DNA of 64,000 nucleotides, from assembly GCA_002633005.1 (NCBI GenBank), contig NMRA01000146.1, positions 770,670 through 834,669 of the forward strand. Direction: 5' to 3'. The stretch comes from Phoronis australis (taxonomy: Eukaryota; Animalia; Phoronida). Shown here in pieces: positions 1 to 11,673 of this stretch. The position numbers and the translations under genes are program-made. Under the pieces are notes generated by a model. It worked only from the letters and a program-made list of their open reading frames with translations. It searched no databases and was not told the DNA's origin. Within the stretch, counting starts at the first letter, position 1, and each line of letters starts with the position of its first letter.

Positions 1-1521
1 CAATAATTACGGTAGAATCCAAGAAGCCCAAGTTGCTCTCAAATCGGGATGGGCATCAATAAGGAAACTTACTTGCTGTATCAACAGACTAGCCAAATAA
101 AAATAAGTCGCTAACCACACGTGCACAATTACTTGGTCTATCATTTTCCCACCGCAATTGCTTGAACCAATCAGATCACCAATGACGCAAACCTTTTGAA
201 AAGACTCTCGATTTTTAGGGAGTCTGTTAATGCTCTTAATTTTTTGAAACTTTAATGTGTTTATTTTCTGTTCAACTGAATGCATTCATCACGATTAACG
301 CATTGTAAAAAACAAGTCATGCTCTATCAACATTAGACGTAATCAGTACACCCCTTTCTTAAAAAATGGGTTAAAATTTAGAAACAAAGGACGCAATTAT
401 CCATCACTTGCAACGCCGACTTTTGTCATGAATTTTGGGGAAGAATATCGGTATGGCGACAGAAACACAGAATCATACCGGCGAAGGCGATGATTTTTGA
501 AATTTGATTCGTTTGGTTGTAAGTCTTTTTTCCATACGGTTCAGGATTATTTGTGGATCCAGGAACCAGAACTGAACGAGGCAGGGTTCGTGATAACGTT
601 GGTGAACGGTAACAAAGGTGTTACCACAGGCCTTGATATTGTCATCTTGTCTGTTTTCATCGAACCTTCTCTCAAGAAAACTTAAAGAAGAGCACCATCA
701 GTGATTGAGTGAGTACGGTATACAGTGTGATTTATGTTGAATTATTCAACGGTTCTTTTAAGAACCATTTCACGCTATACCTAAGGCTCATGCACAGTAC
801 AGCCAACGGCCCATTTAAGGGCCACTTAACACTTCCCAGAAAAACTGTGCACTTGAGAATGTTGAATTATAAACATACAGAGGTAAGCAGTGAAATCGTT
901 ACAGCGGCGCATTTTTTAATCTGAACAAAATTAATACTTTTCTAAAACAGAAACGTTATATAAGTATATTTTGCATTCGCAGGTACTTCTTGGAATTTGT
1001 GCACAAATGTGCTTTCGTAGTTTTCTCAGTATGTGAGAAATGAATCACAAACTGACCAAGAACTATGTTGCTAGTATTGTGCAGGCAGATGACATAATCA
1101 GTCGGCACCGAAGTTTGAATTTGTAATTAATTACAAGCAGCATTGCCAAAAGTACTCATAATGCCAACAGTTCTACTAGTAGAAGACTTTTAACAGCGTT
1201 TCAATGCCAAACTTATTATATTTTTGTTGTACTGGACAGTAAAGTATATGCGAGAAGTCCCCGTCAAAACATACTAACCGGAAACTACACCAGATAATTT
1301 AAGATAGTGACGCTTCCTCTTGGTAAGCACGGAACAAAATATCGGAGTTTCGAATCTGTTGACTATAATCTATAATGTCACAGCTAATGCGTACAAGCGC
1401 TATTTTTGAAATTTCTGAGTCGCTGATAGGTCCTATGTTCGCGTTTATATTGGGGGTTTTATTTGATCCTCACAGAAAGACAACTCGTTGTTTCATAGCT
1501 CTAGTTAAAGCTAAGAACTTC

Positions 1522-1628
1522 GAATTTTCCCGTAGTGAGTCTTACATGTACAGACGGTGCAGCAGGGCTTATTATCGATTCTGAAGTTGACGCCGCCGGT
1601 GAAGCACTAGCCGAGCTAGCGGAGAGAC
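1522..1628 (-). pseudogene. Truncated Ser/Thr-rich repeat exon (paralog of 55054-55188)
   Basis: Acceptor tgtgcag|GTCTCTCC; encodes LSASSASASPAASTSESIISPAAPSVHVRLTTGKF. The 3' part and GT donor are removed by a deletion relative to copy B. Confidence 0.7.
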
Positions 1629-2994
1629 CTGCACAAGAATAAATTTCACAAACCATTAGATACAATGTCTTATTGGCAACGGCACATGTTTGCATAGATT
1701 TATTCATTGTGTTGAAGTTAAATTAATTATTTCAAAGTCATCACTTGAACAAAAGAACTGTTATAGGTTGCAACTGGGGATTCTTATTTGATAAAAAAAC
1801 TTGTTGGATGCCTCACATAATCTAGATTCGTCAATTCAGTTGTTTTGCAAGTGTTAAGAATAGCCACAAACCTCGATTCGTCATTTGCTACTTACAACAT
1901 GTAAACTACAAAGAATTTTATAGAACTCTGTCACATTCCGTCAAACTCAGACGAAATTGTTGACAGCCTTGACCCTCTACTCGAACTCTGGATGCAACGA
2001 AATGCCGCCATGTCCAAAATTAAGCAGAGCTTTGAATCTAAGAAAAACATTTTCCTTATAAAAATAAAAATATCGAAATTCAAAATAGAAATATAGAGGA
2101 CGAAGCTTAACATCAATTATGTTTTCAACGCTGTGCACTTTGTAAGCGTGATGACGTCGATAAGATTTTTTATTTGAAATTTTCGGGGAAAAGCTGTATC
2201 CTGAGTCGGTGATAGTTACTATGTTCTTGGTTATAACGGAAATCGATTAATATATGTAAAAACATATTATGACATCAATTTTACTACTGTAAAAGCCTAA
2301 TTAGAGTTTCATTTTCTAACAACTTAAACGGTACGAAGTGCAGTTTTAAGCGTAAGTTTGTCTGACAAAGTCATCAGTACTTAGTTGATTTTAGAAAATA
2401 TCGGGCGAAAACGACGTCATGTGATCCTGAACTTGAATGACCTCTTACAGTTCAAAACCTAATTGTCCCCCCGCTTGTGAACATAACAATCGACAGAAAG
2501 ATCCTGAGGTTCTGTCAAACAGTACCATAGATATGCCTACATGCAATTGATGCCATTAGGACAAAATTTGCAATTGAGGGTTAATTAGGACAAACTATAT
2601 TGTCATGCGACGGATCGAAAAACCACCTCAAAGTTGTCATGTGGACCTAAAATGGTGATTTTATCTAAAACTTGCTTACACGCCCATTTAGCGCCTGGAC
2701 CATCGGGACACATACAGTAGCACCCAAAATCTATAAAACGGGACCATTGGAGCCCGGAACACTTAGAACACCGGACACAAAGAAGCCGGGAAGCATAGAG
2801 CCACGACACAATGCTACGTTCCTGCGGATATTACCTCTGCCCATCTCTCTAAGCGTTTAATTTACGAAGCATTAGATGACGGTTCAACTGAACACGTTTC
2901 TATCGGCTTATTTACTCTATGGCAGTTTAACCAGTTTTCCTTTAATATATAAACTAAAAAGATTTCAACAGAGCTCTGCCAAATTTCATCAAAC

Positions 2995-3100
2995 TCTGAC
3001 TGCGATGTGAAAGTTATAGCTACAGAAGTTTTTGCTGGGCTTGTTGTCAATTCTGACGTTGACGCATTTGCTGCGAGATTGGTGACCCTATGATAGAGAC
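2995..3100 (-). pseudogene. Ser/Thr-rich repeat exon remnant (paralog of the exon starting at 56670)
   Basis: Acceptor tggacag|GTCTCT; encodes LYHRVTNLAANASTSELTTSPAKTSVAITFTSQ. No donor at the family position. Confidence 0.55.
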
Positions 3101-3303
3101 CTGTCCAAGTGTAAATTTCACAAGCCATTATACATGTACGCGATGTTTTATTTGCAATTCCGTACATGTATATAGTCCCATTTACTATATTGAACTCAAA
3201 TCTGTCGAAATAGCTTACTTTTTAGTCTATCGTTTAAACAAATAAGATGAATGCAACTTAATGTAGAGTTTTTAAGTGACAAGGCCCCTGCTCTTGTTTT
3301 CAT

Positions 3304-4531
3304 TTATTGGGGACAAATAAAACAACAAGAATAATGTATATTTTAAGTTGTATTGTGAATTTCAGGGTCACAGCTCTACAAATAAATACTTCAAAGAAGG
3401 AACCAGATGGGTTCCTTAATTACAATAGATAACACACACACAATTCCGATACCCAAAGCACAATTGAGTACCGGATGCAAAGAAGCAGAAGTTAGCATAG
3501 TACCAAATGGGTACATAATACCAAATGGGTATTGGCCGATTGCCTACCAACTGGGTCGAGCAAAACGGCAATTTCAATAACAAGTACAAAGTGGGTACAA
3601 ACTGCCAAATGGGCAAATATCATATAAAGTACCAAGTGGGTACACTAAACAGCCAACTGGTCTATAACAACCTGCAAAGCAGGGTTCCGGACAAGCTGAG
3701 TCAGCAGACCAGCCGGAGTGATAAAAAGAGATATTGCAAGGAACGTGGTGTTGTGGCTCAGTATGTGCCGGGTGGAGAGAAGCAAGCTGCAGTGGTGGAT
3801 GCTCGAGTACAGGTCGGGTCGCTAGCCAATGACGTCGGTTCTAGCCAGACGGTATCACGCTCCAGGCCTGAAGAAGCTACCAGCAGGGACTGCAAAAACA
3901 ACAATAACCCACAGCAGATTTTGTTCGACAAAAAGGGGGAGTGTGGGAAAGGTATAAATCGGTTGAGTGGAGATGTCGTGGTACCCAGGGTAGGGAGGGT
4001 GGAAGAACTATAAGATTGTCTAATTAGGAAAACTTACGAGTGAACGTACTGTAGCTTGTGGCTGGGCCAACAGGAAGCTGGAGAGAAAGAACAAACAGCG
4101 CTACCATCGGACTTGGTAGGAACTAACTAGGAGTTGGATAAGAAGCATGAAGGGCTGTCTAATGTTATTTGCCCAAATAATAGGATTTATGTCAGAGTGC
4201 CATAAATCTCATTATTGGGGACAAATAAAAAACAAGAATATTGTACTATATTTTAAGTTGTATTGAGAATTTCAGGGTCACACCTCTACAAATAAATATT
4301 TCACAGAAGGAACCAGATGGGTTCCTTAATTACAATATATAACACACACATTTCCGATACCCAAAGTACAATTGAGTATCAGATGCTAAGTGGCACAGGT
4401 TAGCATAGTAACAAATGGGTACATGATACCAAATGGGCATTGGCCCATTGCCCACCAACTGGGTCGAGCAAAACGGCAAATTCAATAACAAGTACCAAGT
4501 GGGTACAAACTGCCAAATGGGCAAATATCAT
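3304..4531 (-). mobile_element. Split direct repeats (B-A-B layout), probable 3' end of an Ngaro/DIRS-type tyrosine-recombinase retrotransposon
   Basis: 3304-3769 is repeated at 4212-4531 plus 15676-15820 (split by the BEL insertion). Part of the intervening block (4026-4216) recurs at 35604-35795. The blocks share AATAA at their junction. Family assignment is inferred from the architecture and a nearby gag-like motif. Confidence 0.5.
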
Positions 4532-4747
4532 TGTCATGCGACGGATTACTAGTTAGTTATAAGCCTTTCCATAGATGTCGCTGTCGTTCGTTTTATCGGT
4601 TTTTGACAGTGGCGTTATTTGTTTGTAGTTCCACACAGTTGAAAAATACATATGTAAACGTCGAGTCGCTCGCAATATTTATCGCATTTTATTCGCCGAA
4701 ACGTATTGCAGAGACTATTTATTGTTTCAACGTGTGATTCCATAACA
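4532..4747 (+). repeat. 5' LTR of BEL/Pao element 1
   Basis: tgtcatgcgac...cataaca; about 6 mismatches to 15455-15670 by eye. Confidence 0.97.
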
Positions 4748-4852
4748 GCTTTTTCAACTTTCGTGTGATATGTAAGTAGAAGTCGAACTATAAGAGTGAA
4801 CTTTGCCGAACTTTCTCCGATAGCACTCAACGAACGTAGACTGAAAATTCAA

Positions 4853-6505
4853 ATGGCGGCGCCAAGTGACTCGGACTTGAAAAGTGTTAAATCGAGCCGG
4901 GCGGCTAGCAAGCGTAAAATAACCGGATTTGTCAAACAGCACACCTGTTGTTAAGTTCCACGGACGGTATCCCGACGTCTGAATACCAGAAACTCGGAGA
5001 TTCTATTCGAAATAGTATGGATGAACTGGAAATACATAACGAACGAGTGTTAGAACTTGAACTGAGTGAACTAGAAGACGTCAATAACGAAATGGCAGTA
5101 AACGGTATTGAAGGCCGTGCTGAGGGCTACATAGATGATGTGCGTAAATCTGCTCTACCTATAATGTACCATCTCATTGCTCGTGGTACAGAGCCCGAAC
5201 CCTCACATGCCGCAAAACCTGAGAAACTCGAGTCAAGTGAAGCGACAGCTGCCGTACGAATGGCAAAGGTTAAATTCCCTACGTTCTCAGGTGACTTGAG
5301 AGAATACAAACACTTCAAAGAACGGTTCATGTATTTTGCCAAATCTCTGGGAGAAACTGAGTGTTTGTATCACATGATCGAATCAATGGACAGGCAAAGG
5401 GAGAAAAAGAAAATAAAAAACTATTTGAGTGTTTCTAGGGCGTGGGAGATTTTGGACAATGAGTATGGTGACGATGACCGCATAATCGACGCTTTGCTGA
5501 GAGACATCGACAACCTAAAATCATATGACATAAGGGGGCGAATTGACCTACCAGTTTCAGAAACATTTGTCGAAACCTTGCAGTGTTTTGAGGTTCAAGT
5601 AGAATCTCTCAGCTTATCGGGTGGTCTGAATGACAGGGTCATTTTAACACAGATTCGACGTAAGATGCAAGAAGAACACCGCATTCAGTACTTGAAAAGC
5701 ACCCGTGGCGGCGAAACTGAAGATACACTGACCGGTTTGGTCAAATGGCTACACGAGCAACTGATTGTCTTGCAGAAAGCCAAAGACTGTGGCGAGATAC
5801 CTGTGCAAAGCCAACAACAGCAACACAAGCGGTACAAAACAACGACGAATCACGCAACGATGTCCCCTGGTACTAAACTACCATTAAAATGTCCTCTGCA
5901 TCCCAAGTTCACTAACCATTATCTTAAAGGCTGTAACAAGCTCAGAACATTGAAACAAAAAGCAAAATTTGACATCATGAAGAAGAATAACATTTGCTTT
6001 AGATGTGGACATAATAACTGCATAGCAGGAAAGCACCCATTCGATCAACAGAACTGCCAGTTCAAAGGTTCTTGCCAGATACCGACCTGTGGTAGAGATA
6101 CGCATTTCTCTTCGATATGTCCCATTGTAAAAGGCCTCGATGGCTATGGTAACTCAGGCAAGTCATCGTTTACTCCTGGTTTGAATATGCAGGCACCCGA
6201 GTTTCAACCAGTGAATTCTAATCCGACCTCCACTCCAGATCTGAGCACTCGTGGTCAAGGCTTGGCCAATGTTTTGCCAACTGTGATGGGGTACATTAGT
6301 CATGGCACAAGAAAGGTGATGGTCCGTATTCTTCTTGACCAGGGTAGCCAGGTTTCACTTATTCGTGAAGGTATCATTCCTAAGTCTGCTGATCACCATA
6401 TGCAAGAATATCAACTCACCACCGTGGGCGGAAACACAATGAGCCAAATTCTCCGAGTCGTCGACTGTGTGATTGGAGATTTGTCTGGAACACTATCTCG
6501 TAAGG
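4853..6505 (+). pseudogene. gag: BEL/Pao gag-protease (N-terminal polyprotein), frameshifted near 4945
   Basis: ATG at 4853 (MAAPSDSDLKSVK), then ORF 4948: KFPTFSGDLREY (DUF1759-like), three Cys/His knuckles, ILLDQGSQVSLI protease. Cut by the LINE at GTLSRK. Confidence 0.9.
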
Positions 6506-7348
6506 GTGTGTTGGTGGTTTCGACCACAGGTTGTGGTGTTTAGCGTCTAGTGTGGTAGTGTAGTTAGTAGAGTATCTAGCTCTGCTTAGTGCTCTGCTTT
6601 CAGCTTCCGCCGCTGTTCAGTTCCGACTGTCAGTACATAGCTTCTCCCACAACAAGACTCGTGCAGTGCCTCCACACATGGACTGGGTTTACTCAGACTA
6701 AACTGTGCGGGATCGGGTTGGGGAAGGGGGTTTTCTGTCTTTAGCAGCCGCTGTTGTTTCGAACGATATGAGATGCCGAAAACCTTGTTGGAAGCATTCT
6801 CTGTTCTCGGGTGATTGATCAGTGGCTCTAGAGTGGGAGGCCTCTCTAACCCAATCATCCCCCTTTGGGGCGCCTGGTCAGGAGTATCTTGACTTTGACC
6901 TCTTCGGGTCCGATTGATACCCCTTGTCTCCGGTCAGGTGACACGGGAACCCTTGAGAACTAATACCCTGGTTCTTGAGTCTTAAGCTAGTTGCGGCTGG
7001 TGGTAAACAACACAGAACTTTGCGTATCAAGTAATCTTGGGCAAACCGCGGTGCACGGAGTAGCGCCTGTTGCACTAGGGGACAAGCCTCTGCACGGTTA
7101 GCCCTTGGAGGTTGCGAGGTTCTGGCACTTGGAGGTAGACATACTGAATTTGGGTAGTCCATTTGCAGCAGAAGCCCTTTCGCTGGGGTCATATGCTCGC
7201 TTGGAGGAGCCAGGGGAGGGAGCTGTTGAAACCAGTGTCAGATCCTATAGGTTTGCGGATGCAGGAATGCCTTTGGCTGGGCCTTGTTGCCATCCTATGG
7301 ATAGGGTGAATGCGGATGCAGACCTGAATCATAACCTATACTTGCTAT

Positions 7349-8650
7349 ATGGATCCACAGCGAAAACCAATAACCCACCCTGGTCAGGGTTCAAGTGACC
7401 AGCGCACAGGGCAGTCGAATGTGGTCTTTGCGGCCACGGACGTCCGCCTCAAAGTCTCCTCCCTAGGAGTTTCTATAAGGCAAGTGGAAGCACCCCCTAC
7501 TGTGGACGCTTGCTCTGGGAAATCGCTGGACTCTTCTATGAGAGTGGAAAGTGAGATTACCAAGCTTGTGAAAGCGGCTAGGGTGGCTGCTGACGCGAAC
7601 ACCAAACCTGCCCCGGACACTCCTCACGGAGCGAATGGTGGCGGAAACACTTCAACTGGGCCTGATGGCAGCTCCCACCGTCTCTCTGCTGCTGCTAGGC
7701 GGAAGACAAAGCGGGCTCGCCAGGCGGCTCAGAAGAAGCTTGAAAACTTAGAAATCGATGTTCAGCAGGGTGTTAAGCGCTCTAAGTCTGACAGCTCGAC
7801 TCCTGGGACATCCTCAAAACCACCCACCAAAGTGGCTAAAGTGGATAAACTACCTTACGCTAGTGTGGCTAAGAAGGATCTTAGCGTCTTTGTGGCTGCA
7901 AAAGCTGGTGAGCCACCACTAAATGAGGACGAGGCTAAGCGTCTGAAGCGCCGACTACAGATGGCATTTGTCAAACCTCAGAGACCCCGTGTCCCGCTTC
8001 ATATTAAGTCAGTGAGACTTGAAAAGGGCAAACTGGCGATTGCCTGTGATAACTCAGCTACCCTTGACTGGGTCAAACTTGAGTGTAAGGAACTTACTCC
8101 TGATGGTCCTGACTCTCACAGGTCAGGGTACCACGTGATGGGTCCAGGCGATCTACCTCCTGTGTTCAAGGCCTTCTGTCATGTGTCAGAGGAAGTTGCC
8201 TCTAATAAGGATGAGTTCTTGTTGGTCCTTAAGGAGTGCAACGATGACCTGGATATGACAAAGGTTCATGTGGTGTCAATGACTGCCATCAAACCAACGT
8301 TAAAATATCCCTCTAAGGGATTTACCATTGTCCTAGCCTTTGAAGAGTCCGCTTGGCAGGTTCTCCGGGGGATGGATTTTCGTCCCTGGTGTGGCTTTGC
8401 TGGGCGTGTGCTTTTTAGAGCTAGGGGTAAAAGCAGTAAGGGGGCCAAAGCTTCTGTCCAGGCCTCAGAAGGGATGTCAACCTCGGACATGGAAGCTGAC
8501 TGTGTGCCCACCACAAAGTCAGCAGAAATGGACGTGGGTGATGAAACGACTGAGGTAGGGAATGTTGCTGAGGCTTCTGAACCTGTACCATCCAATGACA
8601 GATCTTCTCTGGCTCCTTCCCCACTCACGAGTGATGTGGAGTCTGGATAG
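7349..8650 (+). CDS. LINE ORF1 (DUF4780-like domain with a basic disordered N-terminus)
   Basis: Open 433-aa ORF directly upstream of ORF2. The pattern LAIACDNSATLDWVK...LKECNDDLD...LRGMDFRPWCGF resembles the LOA-clade ORF1 domain. Confidence 0.8.
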   Translation: MDPQRKPITHPGQGSSDQRTGQSNVVFAATDVRLKVSSLGVSIRQVEAPPTVDACSGKSLDSSMRVESEITKLVKAARVAADANTKPAPDTPHGANGGGNTSTGPDGSSHRLSAAARRKTKRARQAAQKKLENLEIDVQQGVKRSKSDSSTPGTSSKPPTKVAKVDKLPYASVAKKDLSVFVAAKAGEPPLNEDEAKRLKRRLQMAFVKPQRPRVPLHIKSVRLEKGKLAIACDNSATLDWVKLECKELTPDGPDSHRSGYHVMGPGDLPPVFKAFCHVSEEVASNKDEFLLVLKECNDDLDMTKVHVVSMTAIKPTLKYPSKGFTIVLAFEESAWQVLRGMDFRPWCGFAGRVLFRARGKSSKGAKASVQASEGMSTSDMEADCVPTTKSAEMDVGDETTEVGNVAEASEPVPSNDRSSLAPSPLTSDVESG

Positions 8651-8681
8651 ACAGTCACTGGTATATTCTTAACATGATGAA

Positions 8682-11554
8682 ATGAATCATGAGGTTAAAA
8701 TCTGGCAGATAAATCTGCACCGGGCCAACAACCCATCAGTGCTTCTGCAGCAGACGCTTGAGCGCAATACCCTATTCATGGCCTTCATACAAGAGCCGTG
8801 CTGTCGGGGAAGTGCAATGATGAACACTCCTAGGAATGCCAAATCTTATATTGCTTCACTGGGTAACAACATCAAGCCCAGGGCTGCAATTCTGGTATCC
8901 AAGGACATAACCTCAAGAATCCTTCCTGAGTTTTGTGACAGGGACACTGTGGCAGTGTCCTGTGATACACTAAGACCAAATGGTCTAATATGCACAGTAT
9001 GGTGGGTCTCAGCCTATATGCCAGGGGACTCCGCCGAGAACCCACCCCCACCTAAACTGCAACAAATCACCAATCACTGCAGAGCCAAGAATATCCCTTT
9101 GGTTATCTGTTGTGATGCCAATTCACATCACGAGGTGTGGCACAGCACTGACACCAACCCAAGAGGTGAGGCACTTCTAGAGTTTATTGTCAGCTCACAA
9201 CTTTTAATGTGCAACAAGGGCCATGAGTCCACATTTGTTGTCAGAAACCGGCAGGAGGTAATAGACCTTACTCTGGTTAATTTGCCTGCTGTTGATGTGG
9301 TAACTAATTGGAGAGTGGATTCTGCACCTTCTTTAGCTGACCACAGATACATTAGGTTTGAAGTGGCGACTTTCGTTGTTCCACTATTTACTGAGTATAG
9401 GAACACCAATAAGGTGAACTGGGAACTCTATCGTTCAAAGGTTTCCAAACTTCTTTCTACTCTAGAAACAACAAATATCAGGAACCGTTGTGATGTTAAC
9501 AAATTGACAGATGACATTAAGAATGCCCTGACCAAGTCACTAGATATTTCCTGCCCCAAACGCTGTATTAAGGTCACTGGGAAACCAAAACAACAGATTT
9601 GGTGGACCAAAGAACTGGCAGTACTTTGGGGTAAGGCACGTAAAGCTCACAGAGCGGCAATTCGGACTGACACTGACGAGTGCTGGGATGCATATCATCT
9701 TGCCTATCGTATGTTTAAGTCTGCCACACGCAAAGCAAAGCGCAATTCATTCTGTCAGCAAACTAACAGCCTCTCTGCATCTGCAAGGCTGATGCAATTG
9801 CTGAAGAAGAATCACTCCTCCAGACTCGAGGTCATTCAAAGAGAGGATTGCTCATACACACGCTCCGCCGAGGAAACACTCGAAGTCATGATGGGTAAGC
9901 ACTATCCTGATAGTGTAAACCTGTCGAACCAATATTCAAAAGGGATGGACTCAGAGGAGTGTGAACCATTAGCTTATGCTGATGTTGAAAACGTAGCCAC
10001 ACCACATCTCGTGGAGTTAGCTCTAAAGTCTTTTAAACCATGGAAGTCCCCTGGACTAGACATGATATATCCTATAATGTTACAAGAAGCTGGGATACCA
10101 CTATTCCATATACTCACAGCAAGTTACAAAGCCAGTCTTAGACTAGGTTATATCCCTAAGACTTGGACTGAAGCTAGGGTAGTCTTCATTCCTAAACCAG
10201 GGAAGAACTCATACCTTTTGGCTGAATCATTTAGGCCTATAACCTTAACATCCTTTCTTCTCAAAGGACTGGAAAGGCTCATTCTGTGGCATCTTGATAA
10301 ACAAGGAATACAGAACAAACTTCAGAACAATCAGTATGCTTATAGGCCTGGCTTCTCTACGGAGACCGCTCTACATCATCTGGTTGCTAGACTGGAAAGG
10401 GCTGTTTTTAATAAACAATTTGCCCTCTGTGCCTTCATTGATCTTGTTGGTGCTTTCAGCAATATTAAGCATGATGCGATTCGAATTGCACTGAACCACT
10501 TTAAAGTGAATAGGTGTCTTACCAGGTGGATCATTAACATGCTTGGAAGTCAATCTGTGACTGCTTGTCTAGACAATGTGAGTGTGGCGGTTCGCATCAC
10601 CAGAGGAACACCTCAGGGTGGCGCTGCCTCACCAACCCTCTTTAACATGGTTATGGATGGTTTGCTTCAACAATTATCTACTGACATGGGTCCAAGCTTG
10701 TATGTTCAAGNGGCCAGACAGGTGCTGGGGTCTACTTTCCAAGCCTTCCTGTTGCAGATGCAGAAAACTGGGTATCGTTGGGCAATCTTGCCACGGTGTT
10801 TCAGGCTGAGATCACTGCAATTAATAGAGCTGCTCAATTGGCACAACAATATAACACTGAACTTGGCAATCGGCCAATTATCATCTTTTCAGATAGCCAA
10901 GCAGCAATAAAAGCCCTAAAGAAACTAAGGGTCAACTCTCGTTGTGTTAATGCTTGTATTAATGAGCTTAACAAGCTTGCAATTGAAAGAACCGTCAATA
11001 TACGCTGGGTCAGGGCCCATGTGGGAATTGATGGCAATGAGAATGCAGACAGACTCGCAAAGATAGGAGCAAGCGTTCTGCATTTTGTGCCTGAACCTGC
11101 TATCCCGGTATCTTACGGATGTTGCAGGATGAGTATACGCAACTGGGTACATACCCAGTCAGCAGCCCAGTGGGCATCACTTAACTCCTGCCGAGAAACC
11201 AAGGAGAATTTTCCCAACGTGATCGAACCAAAAGGTTCAAAAAGCCTTCTGAGTCTAGATAGATTGGGTATAAGACACGTCATTCAAATTTTGACGGGCC
11301 ACTGCAACCTAGCCCGACACAGACACATTACTGGGCATATGAGGAGCCCCGTGTGTCCCGAGTGTGGTACTGACGTAGAATCTCCTAAACACCTGGTAGA
11401 GTCTTGCCCAGCTTTTTATAGGCTAAGGAGCAACCTACTGGATGGCATTGTTACATGCCTACAACATATAGTGCATGGCAACAAATGGAAACGTTTGTCT
11501 GTTTTCCTAAAGGAGACTGGCAGACTTGAAAACTTTCTTCACGAGGAGCCATAA
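8682..11554 (+). CDS. pol: LINE ORF2: APE endonuclease, RT, RNase H, CCHC (middle missing at N 10711)
   Basis: IWQINLHR, IQEP, CDANSHH, IDLTL, ADH; KSPGLD, FIPKPGK, FRPITL, GTPQGG; then TVFQAEI, FSDSQAA, WVRAHVGIDGNENAD, CPECG..H..C. Sequence from YADD to the start of RNase H is absent across the single n. Confidence 0.9.
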
Positions 11555-11673
11555 TTGGGGTCTCGTGCCTTTGCTCAGGTGTTTTGTGCAATGGGCCCAA
11601 CCATGAGGCCTGCGCACGTCTGATGCACCGCAAATGACATCAGACCACCTGCACTGTTTTTTTTTGTTTTTTT

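Larger units (their letters stand above)
1..3302. repeat. Segmental duplication, copy A (direct paralog of 53355-57479; runs off the left edge)
   Basis: Colinear similarity from caataattacggtagaatcc (1) / caataactatggtagaaccc (53355) to gtgacaagg..gttttca (3302/57479). Copy A lacks about 54935-55080 and about 56775-57380 of copy B. Confidence 0.95.
6506..11673 (+). mobile_element. Non-LTR retrotransposon, LOA/Lian-like (I group), apparently full length
   Basis: 12-bp TSD TATCTCGTAAGG (6494-6505, 11674-11685); ~840-nt 5' UTR, ORF1, ORF2 with APE-RT-RNase H-CCHC, and a T-rich tail at 11657-11673. Confidence 0.93.

Noticed and set aside
3525-4013. 162-aa ORF
   Set aside because: Spans non-coding terminal repeats; no recognisable domain; not conserved in the second copy.
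6685-7165. Group I intron-like R/S motifs (cagacta ... tagtcc) in the LINE leader
   Set aside because: Only a 5-bp P7 match; no convincing P3/P4/P6 or P and Q elements.
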